Source: Clostridiales bacterium (GTDB taxonomy: Bacteria > Bacillota > Clostridia > Lachnospirales > Lachnospiraceae). From it: a stretch of DNA of 64,000 nucleotides. The stretch spans positions 24,137 to 88,136 of the forward strand of contig JAAYNV010000025.1 of assembly GCA_012520645.1 (NCBI GenBank), given 5' to 3'. Of this stretch, positions 31,091 to 40,659 are shown one piece after another; the stretch's first letter is position 1; each line of letters opens with the position of its first letter. The notes under the pieces were generated by a model. That model worked only from the letters and a program-made list of their open reading frames with translations, did no database searches and had not been told where the DNA came from. The position numbers and the translations under genes are program-made.

Positions 31091-32086
31091 ATGGTATCCA
31101 TAAAAGATGTGGCAAAGCATGCCGGAGTGGCGATTTCCACAGTATCCAAGGTTTTAAATCACTATCCGAATGTCAGTGAAGCAACAAAAAGGAAGGTTAA
31201 TGAAGCAATTAAAGAGCTGGGGTTTGTGCCCAATGCGGTGGCGGCAGCGCTTTCCTCAAAGCGGTCCGGCAGAGTGGCCCTGCTCATCAATCTGAATACG
31301 CAGAGACAGGCGATTGATGAGATATCCATGCGTTATCTGTCCGGAGCCATAAACCGTGCTGTAGAATTGAATCTGGATGTGATCACGGTCTTTTTTTCCA
31401 TGATACGGGATAAATCGCTGGAAGAAATTGTACGTTATCTTCAGTCGCAGAGTATAGATGGAATCATTATCTTCGGCATGTCCACAAAGGATACAGTATT
31501 ACATGAACTGGTGGAGAGCCAGATTTTCAAGATTGTGCTGGTGGATGCACCGGTTATCAATGAAAGCACTTCCTGTGTATGGGTAGATCAGGAGCAGGCA
31601 CAGTATGATGTGGTAAAGCATACCATACAGATGAGCCGGTATCATTACAAAAAGCTTCTGTATATTGCCGGGAAACGGGAAGCCTATGTAACGGAAAACA
31701 GGCTGCACGGCATTGAGCGTGTTGCGGAGGAGATGAAGCTGGAGCTGACGGTAAGGGACGGAGATTTTTCAGAACTGGCGGCACGCAATATTACATTGGA
31801 GGCGGGAGAGGATGCGGATATCATAGCCTGCGCATCCGATCTGATGGCAATCGGAGCCATGCGGGCGCTGATAGATATGGATGTATTCCATCCGGTCTGC
31901 GGTTTTGACGGCATCACACTGATGGGATATGCGGGAATGCAGATGAATACGGCAAAGCAGGATTTTGCAATGATTGCCGCAAGAGCACTGGAAGAGGTGA
32001 ACAGACTGCTTACAGGAGGCGAGGGAGAAGAAATTATTGTGGCACACACATTAGAGCGGCTGCAGTATCTGGATATTATCTGTTAA
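31091..32086 (+). CDS. LacI family transcriptional regulator
   Basis: 331 aa. The helix-turn-helix is MVSIKDVAKHAGVAISTVSKVLN, followed by a sugar-binding core. It lies upstream of glgP. Confidence 0.88.
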   Translation: MVSIKDVAKHAGVAISTVSKVLNHYPNVSEATKRKVNEAIKELGFVPNAVAAALSSKRSGRVALLINLNTQRQAIDEISMRYLSGAINRAVELNLDVITVFFSMIRDKSLEEIVRYLQSQSIDGIIIFGMSTKDTVLHELVESQIFKIVLVDAPVINESTSCVWVDQEQAQYDVVKHTIQMSRYHYKKLLYIAGKREAYVTENRLHGIERVAEEMKLELTVRDGDFSELAARNITLEAGEDADIIACASDLMAIGAMRALIDMDVFHPVCGFDGITLMGYAGMQMNTAKQDFAMIAARALEEVNRLLTGGEGEEIIVAHTLERLQYLDIIC

Positions 32087-32138
32087 TAATAGACAGAGAA
32101 GGGCAGAAAAAATTGTGGAAGTTTTTTTCATTTTCCTC

Positions 32139-32167
32139 TTGCGGAAAACGTTTTCCTGTGCTATCTT
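32139..32167 (+). promoter_or_regulatory. glgP promoter with an embedded perfect palindrome GGAAAACGTTTTCC (32143-32156)
   Basis: TTGCGG (32139-32144), a 17-nt spacer, then TATCTT (32162-32167). The 14-bp perfect palindrome fills the spacer and is of the LacI/CcpA (cre-like) class. Confidence 0.5.
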
Positions 32168-32277
32168 ATGTGTAGTGACAAAGTCACAACTTACAGTCAT
32201 CGGAATATGTTGTATAGAAAGAGGACATGGTGAGCAATATGACATTACAATACAAAATGCAGAGAGAGGTATTTCAA

Positions 32278-34548
32278 ATGAACATGGAGGAACAGCTTAC
32301 AAAACTTACTCAGGATATGTATGGGAAAACAATTGAGCAGACAACGGATCAGGAACTGTATTATGCAGTTTTGAAATTGTCCAAGGAACTGCTTGACACA
32401 ACAGCGCCGATTTCCGGAGATAAGAAGATTTATTATATTTCCGCAGAGTTTTTGATCGGTAAATTATTATCCAACAATCTGATCAATCTTGGCGTGTATG
32501 ACAAACTGGAAGAAGTGTTAAAGGCACATGGAAAGGAACTTTCCAAAATTGAAGAGGTTGAGCCGGAGCCGTCTCTTGGAAACGGCGGTCTGGGAAGACT
32601 GGCAGCCTGCTTTTTGGATTCCATCGCAACACTCGGACTGCCGGGTGACGGTATCGGTCTGAACTATCATTTCGGACTGTTTAAGCAGGTATTCAAGGAT
32701 AAGCTGCAGTGTGCAGAGAAGAATGACTGGATTGAGGAAAATTCCTGGTTAAATAAGACGGATGTTACTTTCGATGTAGCCTTTGGTGACAGAAAAGTAA
32801 AGTCCAGACTGTATGACATTGATGTAGTTGGTTATGAAAAAGGTGTGAACAAACTTCATTTGTTTGATATCGAGTCGGTAGATGAGAGTATCGTAAAGGA
32901 AGGCATTAACTTTGATAAGGAAGACATCGAGAAGAACCTGACACTGTTCTTATATCCGGATGATTCCGATGAGGCAGGAAACCTGCTTCGTATTTACCAG
33001 CAGTATTTTATGGTCAGCAATGCAGCACAGCTGATTTTAGCAGAGTTAAAAGAGAAGAAATATGACCTGCGCAGAATGTATGATTATGCGGTAATCCAGA
33101 TCAATGATACCCATCCGACCATGGTGATTCCGGAGTTGATCCGTATTCTGATGGAGGAAAAGGCATTTACCATGGATGAGGCAATCGACGTGGTAAGCAA
33201 GACCTGTGCCTACACAAACCATACCATCCTTGCAGAAGCACTGGAGAAATGGCCGCTTAAGTATCTGGAGAAGGTCGTTCCGCAGTTAGTGCCGATCATC
33301 AAGGAGTTAGACAAGCGGGTTCGTGCAAAATATACCGATGAAAAGGTTCAGATCATCGACAAGGATGAGAGAGTGCATATGGCACATATCGACATCCACT
33401 ATGGTTTCTCCGTAAACGGTGTTGCAGCAATCCATACCGAAATCTTAAAGGATACCGAGTTAAATCATTTTTACAAGATTTACCCGGAAAAATTCAATAA
33501 CAAGACCAATGGTATTACCTTCAGAAGATGGTTATTATCCTGCAACCGTGAGCTGGCATCCTATCTGACAGAGACGATTGGAGAAGGTTTTAAGCATGAT
33601 GCAGACCGTCTGGAGAAGCTGCTTGATTTTGCAGACGATCAGGCTGTACTTGATAAGCTTGCTGAGATCAAAATGCACAAGAAGGAAGAACTGGTTTCCT
33701 ATGTAAAGGAAAAAGAGGGTGTAGAACTGGATCCGAATGCTATTTTCGATATTCAGGTAAAACGTCTGCATGAGTACAAACGTCAGCAGATGAATGCACT
33801 TTACATCATCCATAAATATCTGGAGATCAAGGCAGGCAAGAAGCCGTCCACGCCGGTTACCTTTATTTTCGGTGCCAAGGCTGCTCCGGCTTATGTCATT
33901 GCACAGGATATTATCCACCTGTTACTGGTGATGCAGGAAATCGTAAATAACGATCCGGATGTGAGCCCTTATATGAAAGTGCTCATGGTAGAGAACTACA
34001 ACGTAAGCTATGCAGAGAAGCTGATTCCGGCATGTGATATTTCCGAGCAGATTTCTCTGGCATCCAAAGAAGCCAGCGGAACCGGCAATATGAAGTTTAT
34101 GTTAAACGGTGCGGTAACACTGGGAACAGCTGACGGTGCAAACGTAGAGATTCATGATCTGGTAGGCGACGACAACATCTATGTATTCGGTAAGGATTCC
34201 GATACGGTTATCGCTCACTACGAGAAGGCAGACTATGTTTCCAAAGATTACTATGAGAAGAGCCCGGTCATCAAGGAAGCAGTGGACTTTATCATAAGCG
34301 ACCTTGCTGTAAAGCACGGACACAAAGAGAATCTGGAGAGACTTTACAAGGAGCTTCTGAACAAAGACTGGTTCATGACATTGCTTGATCTGGAGGACTA
34401 TATCGAGACCAAGGACAGAATGTTAAAGGACTACGAGGACAGACAGAAGTGGAAGAAGATGATGCTTGTAAACATTGCAAAGGCAGGCTTCTTCTCCTCT
34501 GACAGAACCATTGCAGAATATAACCGCGATATCTGGAAACTGAAATAG
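32278..34548 (+). CDS. glgP: Glycogen/maltodextrin phosphorylase (GT35)
   Basis: I prefer the ATG at 32278 (GAGAGAGG 8 nt upstream) over the track start at 32227. Motifs [19 protein letters not shown] and [15 protein letters not shown] (PLP lysine) are present. Confidence 0.88.
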   Translation: MNMEEQLTKLTQDMYGKTIEQTTDQELYYAVLKLSKELLDTTAPISGDKKIYYISAEFLIGKLLSNNLINLGVYDKLEEVLKAHGKELSKIEEVEPEPSLGNGGLGRLAACFLDSIATLGLPGDGIGLNYHFGLFKQVFKDKLQCAEKNDWIEENSWLNKTDVTFDVAFGDRKVKSRLYDIDVVGYEKGVNKLHLFDIESVDESIVKEGINFDKEDIEKNLTLFLYPDDSDEAGNLLRIYQQYFMVSNAAQLILAELKEKKYDLRRMYDYAVIQINDTHPTMVIPELIRILMEEKAFTMDEAIDVVSKTCAYTNHTILAEALEKWPLKYLEKVVPQLVPIIKELDKRVRAKYTDEKVQIIDKDERVHMAHIDIHYGFSVNGVAAIHTEILKDTELNHFYKIYPEKFNNKTNGITFRRWLLSCNRELASYLTETIGEGFKHDADRLEKLLDFADDQAVLDKLAEIKMHKKEELVSYVKEKEGVELDPNAIFDIQVKRLHEYKRQQMNALYIIHKYLEIKAGKKPSTPVTFIFGAKAAPAYVIAQDIIHLLLVMQEIVNNDPDVSPYMKVLMVENYNVSYAEKLIPACDISEQISLASKEASGTGNMKFMLNGAVTLGTADGANVEIHDLVGDDNIYVFGKDSDTVIAHYEKADYVSKDYYEKSPVIKEAVDFIISDLAVKHGHKENLERLYKELLNKDWFMTLLDLEDYIETKDRMLKDYEDRQKWKKMMLVNIAKAGFFSSDRTIAEYNRDIWKLK

Positions 34549-34579
34549 GATCGAAAAAGAAAATAGAAAATAGAAAAGG

Positions 34580-34628
34580 GAAAAAAGCTTCGGAAGCGCG
34601 TGATTGACGGCTTCCGAAGCTCTTTTTT
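34580..34628. terminator. Bidirectional terminator between glgP and the CAP-domain gene
   Basis: Perfect 12-bp stem: AGCTTCGGAAGC (34586-34597) pairs with GCTTCCGAAGCT (34610-34621). An A-run flanks it upstream and a T-run downstream. Confidence 0.8.
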
Positions 34629-34652
34629 ATGGAGAGATAAATGGTATAAGGT

Positions 34653-35471
34653 CTAGTCGCTGAACAACTGTACCCAGCACTGTATTCCGTTTCCGGTGGT
34701 AAAATGTCCTATGCCGATTTTGTGAAAATGCGTATTCAGAATATTGGCGCGGTGTCCGGGAGAGTTCATCCATGCTGTCATGACCTGGCTGGAAGAACGC
34801 TGTCCCTTGGCAATGTTCTCACCGGCCCAGCCATAGGAAATTCCAAGGCTCTTCATGGCTGAAAAACATTCGGAGCCGTCTGGGCGGGTGTGGGAAAATG
34901 ATTGTTCCAGCTCCGTGGCACGGATATTGGCTGCCTTGTTTAAATCGTCACTCAGAGAGAGCGCAGAGCAGTCGTTTTCCTGCCTGTACTGATTCACAAG
35001 TGTATGCACCTCGCCAATGGTCGGATCTGTGCTTTTGGTCTGTGTAGTCTGTTCAGAGACGGGCTGAACGGAGGCAGATGGAGAGCCTGTGGCAGAACGT
35101 CCTTCCGCAAAGCCGCTTGTGATGTAATGCTTATAATAGGCAGGCAGATCGGGGCCAAAGACGACCACAAGATCGGGATTGTTTGCCGCATAGGAATATA
35201 CGTTAAAGGATGCACTTCCCTGTCTGCCTTCTGCGATTCCGGTGGTCAGAAAATGTTGGAACAGGAGATTCGCATCAGAGCCAAAAGCTGCCGCAACGTC
35301 AGGGTTTGCTGCAGTGTAGTAGGCCGGATCAAAAATGAGGGCATACTGTTCTGCGGAAGAAACAGTATCCTGTGGCGCTGCCTTGGCACATAGAGGGAAA
35401 GAGACGGCAGACAGCAGAAAAAGTAGTGCCGTACACCCAAGGGTGGAAAGGTATTTTGAAATTTTTTTCAT
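34653..35471 (-). CDS. Secreted CAP/SCP (YkwD-like) domain protein with two N-terminal repeats
   Basis: Start moved to the ATG at 35471 (AAGGAGG upstream), giving a signal peptide MKKISKYLSTLGCTALLFLL. The C-terminal CAP domain contains SPGHRANIL. There are two ~42-aa repeats of the form NPD(V/L)..(A/V)FG...H(F/Y)...G..EGR. Confidence 0.8.
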   Translation of the reverse strand: MKKISKYLSTLGCTALLFLLSAVSFPLCAKAAPQDTVSSAEQYALIFDPAYYTAANPDVAAAFGSDANLLFQHFLTTGIAEGRQGSASFNVYSYAANNPDLVVVFGPDLPAYYKHYITSGFAEGRSATGSPSASVQPVSEQTTQTKSTDPTIGEVHTLVNQYRQENDCSALSLSDDLNKAANIRATELEQSFSHTRPDGSECFSAMKSLGISYGWAGENIAKGQRSSSQVMTAWMNSPGHRANILNTHFHKIGIGHFTTGNGIQCWVQLFSD

Positions 35472-35530
35472 AGAAAAAGCCTCCTTGATTTGTTTATATG
35501 TGATGAATGACACCTTTGGAACCTGCTATC

Positions 35531-35560
35531 ATTATAGGTCAGGATTCCGGTAATTAGCAA
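35531..35560 (-). promoter_or_regulatory. Promoter of the CAP-domain gene (minus strand)
   Basis: Read on the minus strand: TTGCTA (35560-35555), an 18-nt spacer, then TATAAT (35536-35531). Confidence 0.5.
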
Positions 35561-35693
35561 TCCGTTATTTTAGAGCTATTGGACAATTCACTCCTATTCA
35601 CCCAATTCATCTGAAATAAGCATATAAGTTGTGCAATTCTACCAAAATGAAATAGGCAAATGTGTTGAAAACACCAAACTTGCAAATAGCATA

Positions 35694-35722
35694 TTGCAAA
35701 AGAAAAGAACCTGTGGTATAAA
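35694..35722 (+). promoter_or_regulatory. Promoter of the ABC-transporter/malQ operon
   Basis: TTGCAA (35694-35699), a 17-nt spacer ending in TGG, then TATAAA (35717-35722), an extended -10 pattern. Confidence 0.5.
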
Positions 35723-35735
35723 TTAACTATAGCAA

Positions 35736-35775
35736 TTGGAAACGTTACCGATAACGATACCGACAACGTTTCCAA
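35736..35775. promoter_or_regulatory. Composite LacI/MalR-type operator (11-bp inverted repeat with three AACG(T/A)T cores)
   Basis: TTGGAAACGTT (35736-35746) and AACGTTTCCAA (35765-35775) are perfect inverted repeats. AACGTT, AACGAT and AACGTT cores begin at 35741, 35753 and 35765, a 12-nt spacing. The element starts 14 nt downstream of the predicted -10. Confidence 0.5.
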
Positions 35776-35869
35776 GAGTAACCAGAAGGGCAATCAGGAC
35801 TGGAAAACAGGAGTATTGCCCGGCAACTAAAAACAATATTTTCATAAAAAGAAAGGGAGAGACAATTTT

Positions 35870-37270
35870 ATGAAAAAGAAAGTTTTAAGCGCATTATTAA
35901 GTGTAGCAATGGTTTCCTCTTTATTAGTAGGCTGTGGCGCAGCAAAAGAGGAAGGAACAGCAGCAAAGGATGCACCGGCAGCAGAGGCTGGTACAGAAGC
36001 ACCGGCAGCAGAGGGAGATGCTGCAGCAGCTGGTGAAGGCACTGTTTACTACTTAAACTTCAAACCGGAAGTAGAAGAGGTTTGGAACGAAGTAGCAGCA
36101 GCTTACACAGAGGAGACAGGCGTTCCGGTTAAGGTTCTGACAGCAGCCAGCGGTACTTATGAAGAAGTACTGAAATCCGAGATCGCAAAGTCTGAACCGG
36201 TTACCTTATTCCAGATCAACGGACCGGTAGGATATCAGTCCTGGAAAGATTACTGCTTAGATTTAAAAGACACAGACATCTACAATTCCTTATCTGATAA
36301 GTCCATCGCTATTACAAGCGGCGACGGCGTATATGGTATCCCGTACACAGTAGAAAGCTACGGTATCATCTACAATCAGGCAATCATGGATAAATACTTC
36401 GCAATGGACGGAGCTAAGGCAGCTAACATGGATGAGATCAACAACTTCGCAAAATTAAAAGAGGTTGTAGAAGATATGCAGGCTAAGAAGGATGACCTTG
36501 GAATCCAGGGTGTATTCGCTTCCACATCCTTACTTCCGGGCGAAGACTGGAGATGGCAGACACACCTTGCAAACCTTCCGGTTTACTATGAGTTAAAAGA
36601 CAAGAGCATCTCTGATACAGACGCTTTAGAGTTCACACACTCTGAGAACATGAAGAACATCTTCGATCTGTACATCAACAATTCCACATGTGCACCTGGA
36701 TTACTTGGATCCAAGGCAGTTACAGATTCCATGGCTGAGTTCGCATTAGGACAGGCAGCAATGGTTCAGAACGGTAACTGGGCATGGGGTCAGATTGCAG
36801 AGGTTGAAGGCAACACTGTAACAGAAGATAACATCAAATTCCTTCCGATCTACACAGGTGAAAACGGAGAAGAGAATCAGGGACTTTGCACAGGTACAGA
36901 GAACTTCTGGTGTGTAAACAGCCAGGCTTCCGAAGCAGATCAGAAAGCAACCATCGACTTTATCAACTGGATGATCACATCTGACAAGGGTAAAGATTAC
37001 ATGGTAAATGCACTTGGAAACGCAGCACCGTTCACAACCTTCTCTGATGATGAGAAGCCGAGCGATCCGCTTGCACAGGAAATGTTCCGTTGGATGGAAA
37101 ACGGTAAAACAAGTGTATCCTGGAACTTCACCATCTTCCCGAGCCAGGATTTCAAGAATGACTTCGGTGACGCATTATTACAGTATGCTTCCGGAAACAT
37201 GACATGGGATGACGTGAAAGATCTTGTAGTTACAAGATGGGCTGAAGAAAAAGCAGCTACAGCAGAATAA
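35870..37270 (+). CDS. Sugar ABC transporter substrate-binding lipoprotein (CUT1; probably maltose/maltodextrin by context)
   Basis: 466 aa with GGGAGAG upstream. It has the lipobox LLVGCGA, an Ala/Glu-rich linker and a family-1 solute-binding fold. Confidence 0.85.
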   Translation: MKKKVLSALLSVAMVSSLLVGCGAAKEEGTAAKDAPAAEAGTEAPAAEGDAAAAGEGTVYYLNFKPEVEEVWNEVAAAYTEETGVPVKVLTAASGTYEEVLKSEIAKSEPVTLFQINGPVGYQSWKDYCLDLKDTDIYNSLSDKSIAITSGDGVYGIPYTVESYGIIYNQAIMDKYFAMDGAKAANMDEINNFAKLKEVVEDMQAKKDDLGIQGVFASTSLLPGEDWRWQTHLANLPVYYELKDKSISDTDALEFTHSENMKNIFDLYINNSTCAPGLLGSKAVTDSMAEFALGQAAMVQNGNWAWGQIAEVEGNTVTEDNIKFLPIYTGENGEENQGLCTGTENFWCVNSQASEADQKATIDFINWMITSDKGKDYMVNALGNAAPFTTFSDDEKPSDPLAQEMFRWMENGKTSVSWNFTIFPSQDFKNDFGDALLQYASGNMTWDDVKDLVVTRWAEEKAATAE

Positions 37271-37313
37271 TCAGTCAGAATTTTAAGTTTGATAACAAAG
37301 TTGTAACATGGAA

Positions 37314-37349
37314 GGGTGAGCAGCGGGGAAACCCCTGCCCGCCCTTTTT
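37314..37349 (+). terminator. Intra-operon hairpin or partial terminator after the substrate-binding protein gene
   Basis: A GC-rich imperfect stem, GGGTGAGCAGCGGGG with CCCCTGCCCGCCC, is followed by TTTTT (37345-37349). Confidence 0.5.
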
Positions 37350-37404
37350 CAAAAGATGAAACGGTAGCTAAGGGATTGATGGTTTCATTAAAGGAGAGAG
37401 CATT

Positions 37405-38250
37405 ATGCAAAAGACACTCAAAAAATATTTAGTTATTTTCACAGTACCAACATTGATCGCATTTTCTTTTGCATTTATTATTCCGTTTGTGATGGGTCTG
37501 TACCTGTCCTTCTGTGAATTTGCGACAGTCAAAAATGCAAAATTTGTAGGTCTTCAAAATTACATTACAGCCTTCAGTGGCAATCAGAAATTTTTATCCG
37601 CTTTATTATTTACCACTGCTTTTACGGTAGTTGGTATTATCACAATTAATATCTTTGCATTTGGAATTGCATTATTACTGACGAAAAAAATCAAAGGCAC
37701 CAACATTTTCAGAACAGTTTTCTTCATGCCGAACTTAATCGGTGGTATCGTCCTCGGTTATACATGGCAGCAGATGATCAATGCGGTGCTGTTAAAATAT
37801 GAAACAACGATTGTTACAAACGCAAAATACGGCTTCTGGGGTCTGGTTCTTCTGATGAACTGGCAGATGATCGGATATATGATGATCATTTACATCGCAG
37901 GCTTACAGAATGTTCCGACGGAACTGACAGAGGCAGCCAAGATCGACGGTGCTACCTCATGGCAGACACTGACCAAGGTAATCATTCCGATGGTTATGCC
38001 TTCCATTACGATCTGTATGTTCTTAACACTGTCCAACTGCTTTAAACTGTTCGATCAGAACAAGGCACTCACGAACGGTGCACCGATGAACAAGACAGAA
38101 ATGCTCGCTCTGAATATTTACAATACTTTCTACGGCAAACCGGGATTTGAAGGTGTCGGTCAGGCTAAGGCGGTTGTATTCTTCTTAATCGTAGCAGGAA
38201 TTGCATTAATCCAGCTTAAACTTACAAGAAGTAAGGAGGTAGAACAATAA
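37405..38250 (+). CDS. Sugar ABC transporter permease (MalF-like)
   Basis: 281 aa with AAGGAGAG upstream and an EAA loop (TEAAKIDGATSWQTLTKVIIP). Confidence 0.87.
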   Translation: MQKTLKKYLVIFTVPTLIAFSFAFIIPFVMGLYLSFCEFATVKNAKFVGLQNYITAFSGNQKFLSALLFTTAFTVVGIITINIFAFGIALLLTKKIKGTNIFRTVFFMPNLIGGIVLGYTWQQMINAVLLKYETTIVTNAKYGFWGLVLLMNWQMIGYMMIIYIAGLQNVPTELTEAAKIDGATSWQTLTKVIIPMVMPSITICMFLTLSNCFKLFDQNKALTNGAPMNKTEMLALNIYNTFYGKPGFEGVGQAKAVVFFLIVAGIALIQLKLTRSKEVEQ

Positions 38251-39104
38251 TGAGAACAAAAGAACACTCCAACAAAAAATTAGGTAATGTCATTATTTTC
38301 TGTTTCCTTTGTGTACTGACAGTAGTTTTCCTTTATCCGTTGTTCTTCATTTTGAACAACTCCTTTAAAGGTAAATTCTATATCAGTGCGGATCCGTTCT
38401 CTCTGCCGAACGCAGAGACCTTTGTAGGCAAGACAAACTATGTAAATGGACTGTTAAAGACAGGTCTGTTCAGTGCAATCGGATGGTCCTTCTTCATTAC
38501 GATTGTTTCCGTAGTGCTGATCATTCTGTTTACATCCATGACAGCATACTATATTACCCGTGTGAAGAGTAAATACAGCTCTATTCTGTATTATATGTTT
38601 ACCTTCTCCATGATCGTGCCGTTCCAGATGGTTATGTTTACCATGACCAGTCTGGCAGATACCTTCCACTTAAGAACTCCGTGGGGTATGTGTATTTTGT
38701 ATCTTGGATTTGGAGCCGGACTTTCCGTGTTTATGTTCTCCGGCTTTGTAAAATCGATTCCGCTTGAAATCGAAGAGGCAGCTATGATTGACGGCTGCAA
38801 TCCGCTGCAGACCTATTTTGGCGCGGTATTCCCGATTTTGAAACCGACAGCCATTACCGTAGCAATCTTAAATGCCATGTGGGTTTGGAACGACTTCCTG
38901 CTTCCGTACCTGGTAATCGGTATCTTGACAGATTACAAGACCATTCCGGTAGTAGTTCAAATGTTAGTTGGTTCCAATGGTAATAAGGATATGGGTGCCC
39001 TGATGGCTATGCTGGTACTCTCGATTATCCCGATTGTCATCTTCTACCTGACCTGTCAGAAGTATATCATCGAAGGTATGGTAGCAGGTGCGGTAAAAGG
39101 TTAA
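38250..39104 (+). CDS. Sugar ABC transporter permease (MalG-like)
   Basis: 284 aa. Its start overlaps the previous stop by 1 nt. It has an EAA loop (EEAAMIDGCNPLQTYFGAVFP) and a GMVAGAVKG C-terminus. Confidence 0.87.
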   Translation: MRTKEHSNKKLGNVIIFCFLCVLTVVFLYPLFFILNNSFKGKFYISADPFSLPNAETFVGKTNYVNGLLKTGLFSAIGWSFFITIVSVVLIILFTSMTAYYITRVKSKYSSILYYMFTFSMIVPFQMVMFTMTSLADTFHLRTPWGMCILYLGFGAGLSVFMFSGFVKSIPLEIEEAAMIDGCNPLQTYFGAVFPILKPTAITVAILNAMWVWNDFLLPYLVIGILTDYKTIPVVVQMLVGSNGNKDMGALMAMLVLSIIPIVIFYLTCQKYIIEGMVAGAVKG

Positions 39105-39119
39105 AGGAGCAGCTGTACA

Positions 39120-40598
39120 ATGAGAAGAAGTGGTATATTGATGCCGGTTTCCAGTATCCCATCGGCATATGGAATTGGTGCATTTTCAAAAGAAGCATAC
39201 GAGTTTGTGGATTTTCTGGAGAAAGCGGGGCAGAGTCTGTGGCAGATTCTGCCGCTTGGCCCCACCGGATACGGGGATTCTCCTTACCAGTCCTTTTCTA
39301 CTTTTGCTGGAAACCCATATTTTATCGATCTGGAGCAGCTGGTAGAAAAAGGTTATATTACGAAAGCGGACTGCGAGGCATGTGACTTTGGAGACAATGC
39401 AGAGTATGTGGATTATGAGAAGATTTACAACTCACGCTTTCGTATACTTAGAAAAGCCTATGAGAACAGTGACATAGAGCGGGAGGCGGATTATGCAGAA
39501 TTTTGTGCAAAAAATGCTTACTGGCTGGAGGATTATGCACTGTATATGTCTGTCAAAAACAAATTTGACGGCAAAAGCTGGTTAGAGTGGGACGAGGACA
39601 TCAAGCTTAGAAAAGAACATGCAGTTGAACGTTATCAGAATGAGTACAGGGATGAAATCGGATTCTATAAATTCCAGCAGTATCTGTTCCAGACACAGTG
39701 GTTTGCCCTGAAAAAATATGCCAATAAAAAGGGAATCCAGATAGTAGGAGATATTCCGATTTATGTGGCGCTTGACAGTGCAGATACATGGTCGAATCCG
39801 AAGCTTTTCCAGCTGGAGGAGGATTGCACGCCGAAGGCAGTGGCAGGCTGCCCGCCGGATTCCTTTTCGGCAACCGGACAGCTTTGGGGAAATCCTCTCT
39901 ATGATTGGGATTATCATGAAGAAACGGAATATAAGTGGTGGATGAGACGAATCGGCTACTGCTATGAGCTGTATGATATTGTCCGTATCGATCATTTCCG
40001 TGGATTTGATGAATATTACTCAATTCCTTACGGCGATCCGACCGCGGAGTTCGGACATTGGGAAAAGGGACCGGGAATCGCTATTTTCGATACGATGAAA
40101 AAGGTGATGGGAAGGAAAGCGGTCATCGCAGAGGATCTTGGCTTCCTGACTCCGTCTGTCATCAAGCTGGTAAAGAAGACCGGTTTTCCGGGCATGAAGA
40201 TTTTACAGTTTGCGTTTGATTCCAGGGAAGAAAGCGATTATCTTCCGCACAATTATCCGAATAACTGCGCGGTTTATACCGGAACACATGACAATGACAC
40301 AACGGTGGGCTGGTATAATACGGTCAACCGCAGAGATAAAGCCTTTGCAAAGCGTTATCTGGATATTCGTTCCAGTAAGGATGTCCACCTGGTATTTGTC
40401 CGCGCCTGTCTGGCAAGCGTGGCGGATACGGCGATCATTCCGGTACAGGATTATCTGGGACTGGGCAGTGAGGCAAGAGTAAATATACCTTCCACGCTCG
40501 GAACAAACTGGAAGTGGCGTCTGAAAAAGGGTGCGTTGACGGATGAACTGGCGGCACAAATCAAACAGATGTCGAAATTATACGGAAGATGTAAATAG
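39120..40598 (+). CDS. malQ: 4-alpha-glucanotransferase (amylomaltase), GH77
   Basis: 492 aa. The N-terminus is RSGILMPVSSIPSAYGIGAFSKEAYEFVDFL...WQILPLGPTGYGDSPYQSFS, and RIDHFRGF and GTHDNDT motifs are present. Confidence 0.9.
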   Translation: MRRSGILMPVSSIPSAYGIGAFSKEAYEFVDFLEKAGQSLWQILPLGPTGYGDSPYQSFSTFAGNPYFIDLEQLVEKGYITKADCEACDFGDNAEYVDYEKIYNSRFRILRKAYENSDIEREADYAEFCAKNAYWLEDYALYMSVKNKFDGKSWLEWDEDIKLRKEHAVERYQNEYRDEIGFYKFQQYLFQTQWFALKKYANKKGIQIVGDIPIYVALDSADTWSNPKLFQLEEDCTPKAVAGCPPDSFSATGQLWGNPLYDWDYHEETEYKWWMRRIGYCYELYDIVRIDHFRGFDEYYSIPYGDPTAEFGHWEKGPGIAIFDTMKKVMGRKAVIAEDLGFLTPSVIKLVKKTGFPGMKILQFAFDSREESDYLPHNYPNNCAVYTGTHDNDTTVGWYNTVNRRDKAFAKRYLDIRSSKDVHLVFVRACLASVADTAIIPVQDYLGLGSEARVNIPSTLGTNWKWRLKKGALTDELAAQIKQMSKLYGRCK

Positions 40599-40610
40599 TT
40601 GAAAAATAAT

Positions 40611-40639
40611 TTGAAAGTAAGGGTATGCTTTGGTATACT
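40611..40639 (+). promoter_or_regulatory. Promoter of the downstream LacI/MalR-like gene
   Basis: TTGAAA (40611-40616), a 17-nt spacer ending in TGG, then TATACT (40634-40639). This argues against the track's TTG start at 40630. Confidence 0.5.
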
Positions 40640-40659
40640 TTGGAAGGGTGATACAAAGC

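Noticed and set aside
35554-35793. 79-aa minus-strand ORF between the CAP-domain gene and the ABC operon
   Set aside because: It has no Shine-Dalgarno sequence. It overlaps the two divergent promoters and the operator inverted repeat. The sequence is hydrophobic and low-complexity, typical of AT-rich intergenic DNA.
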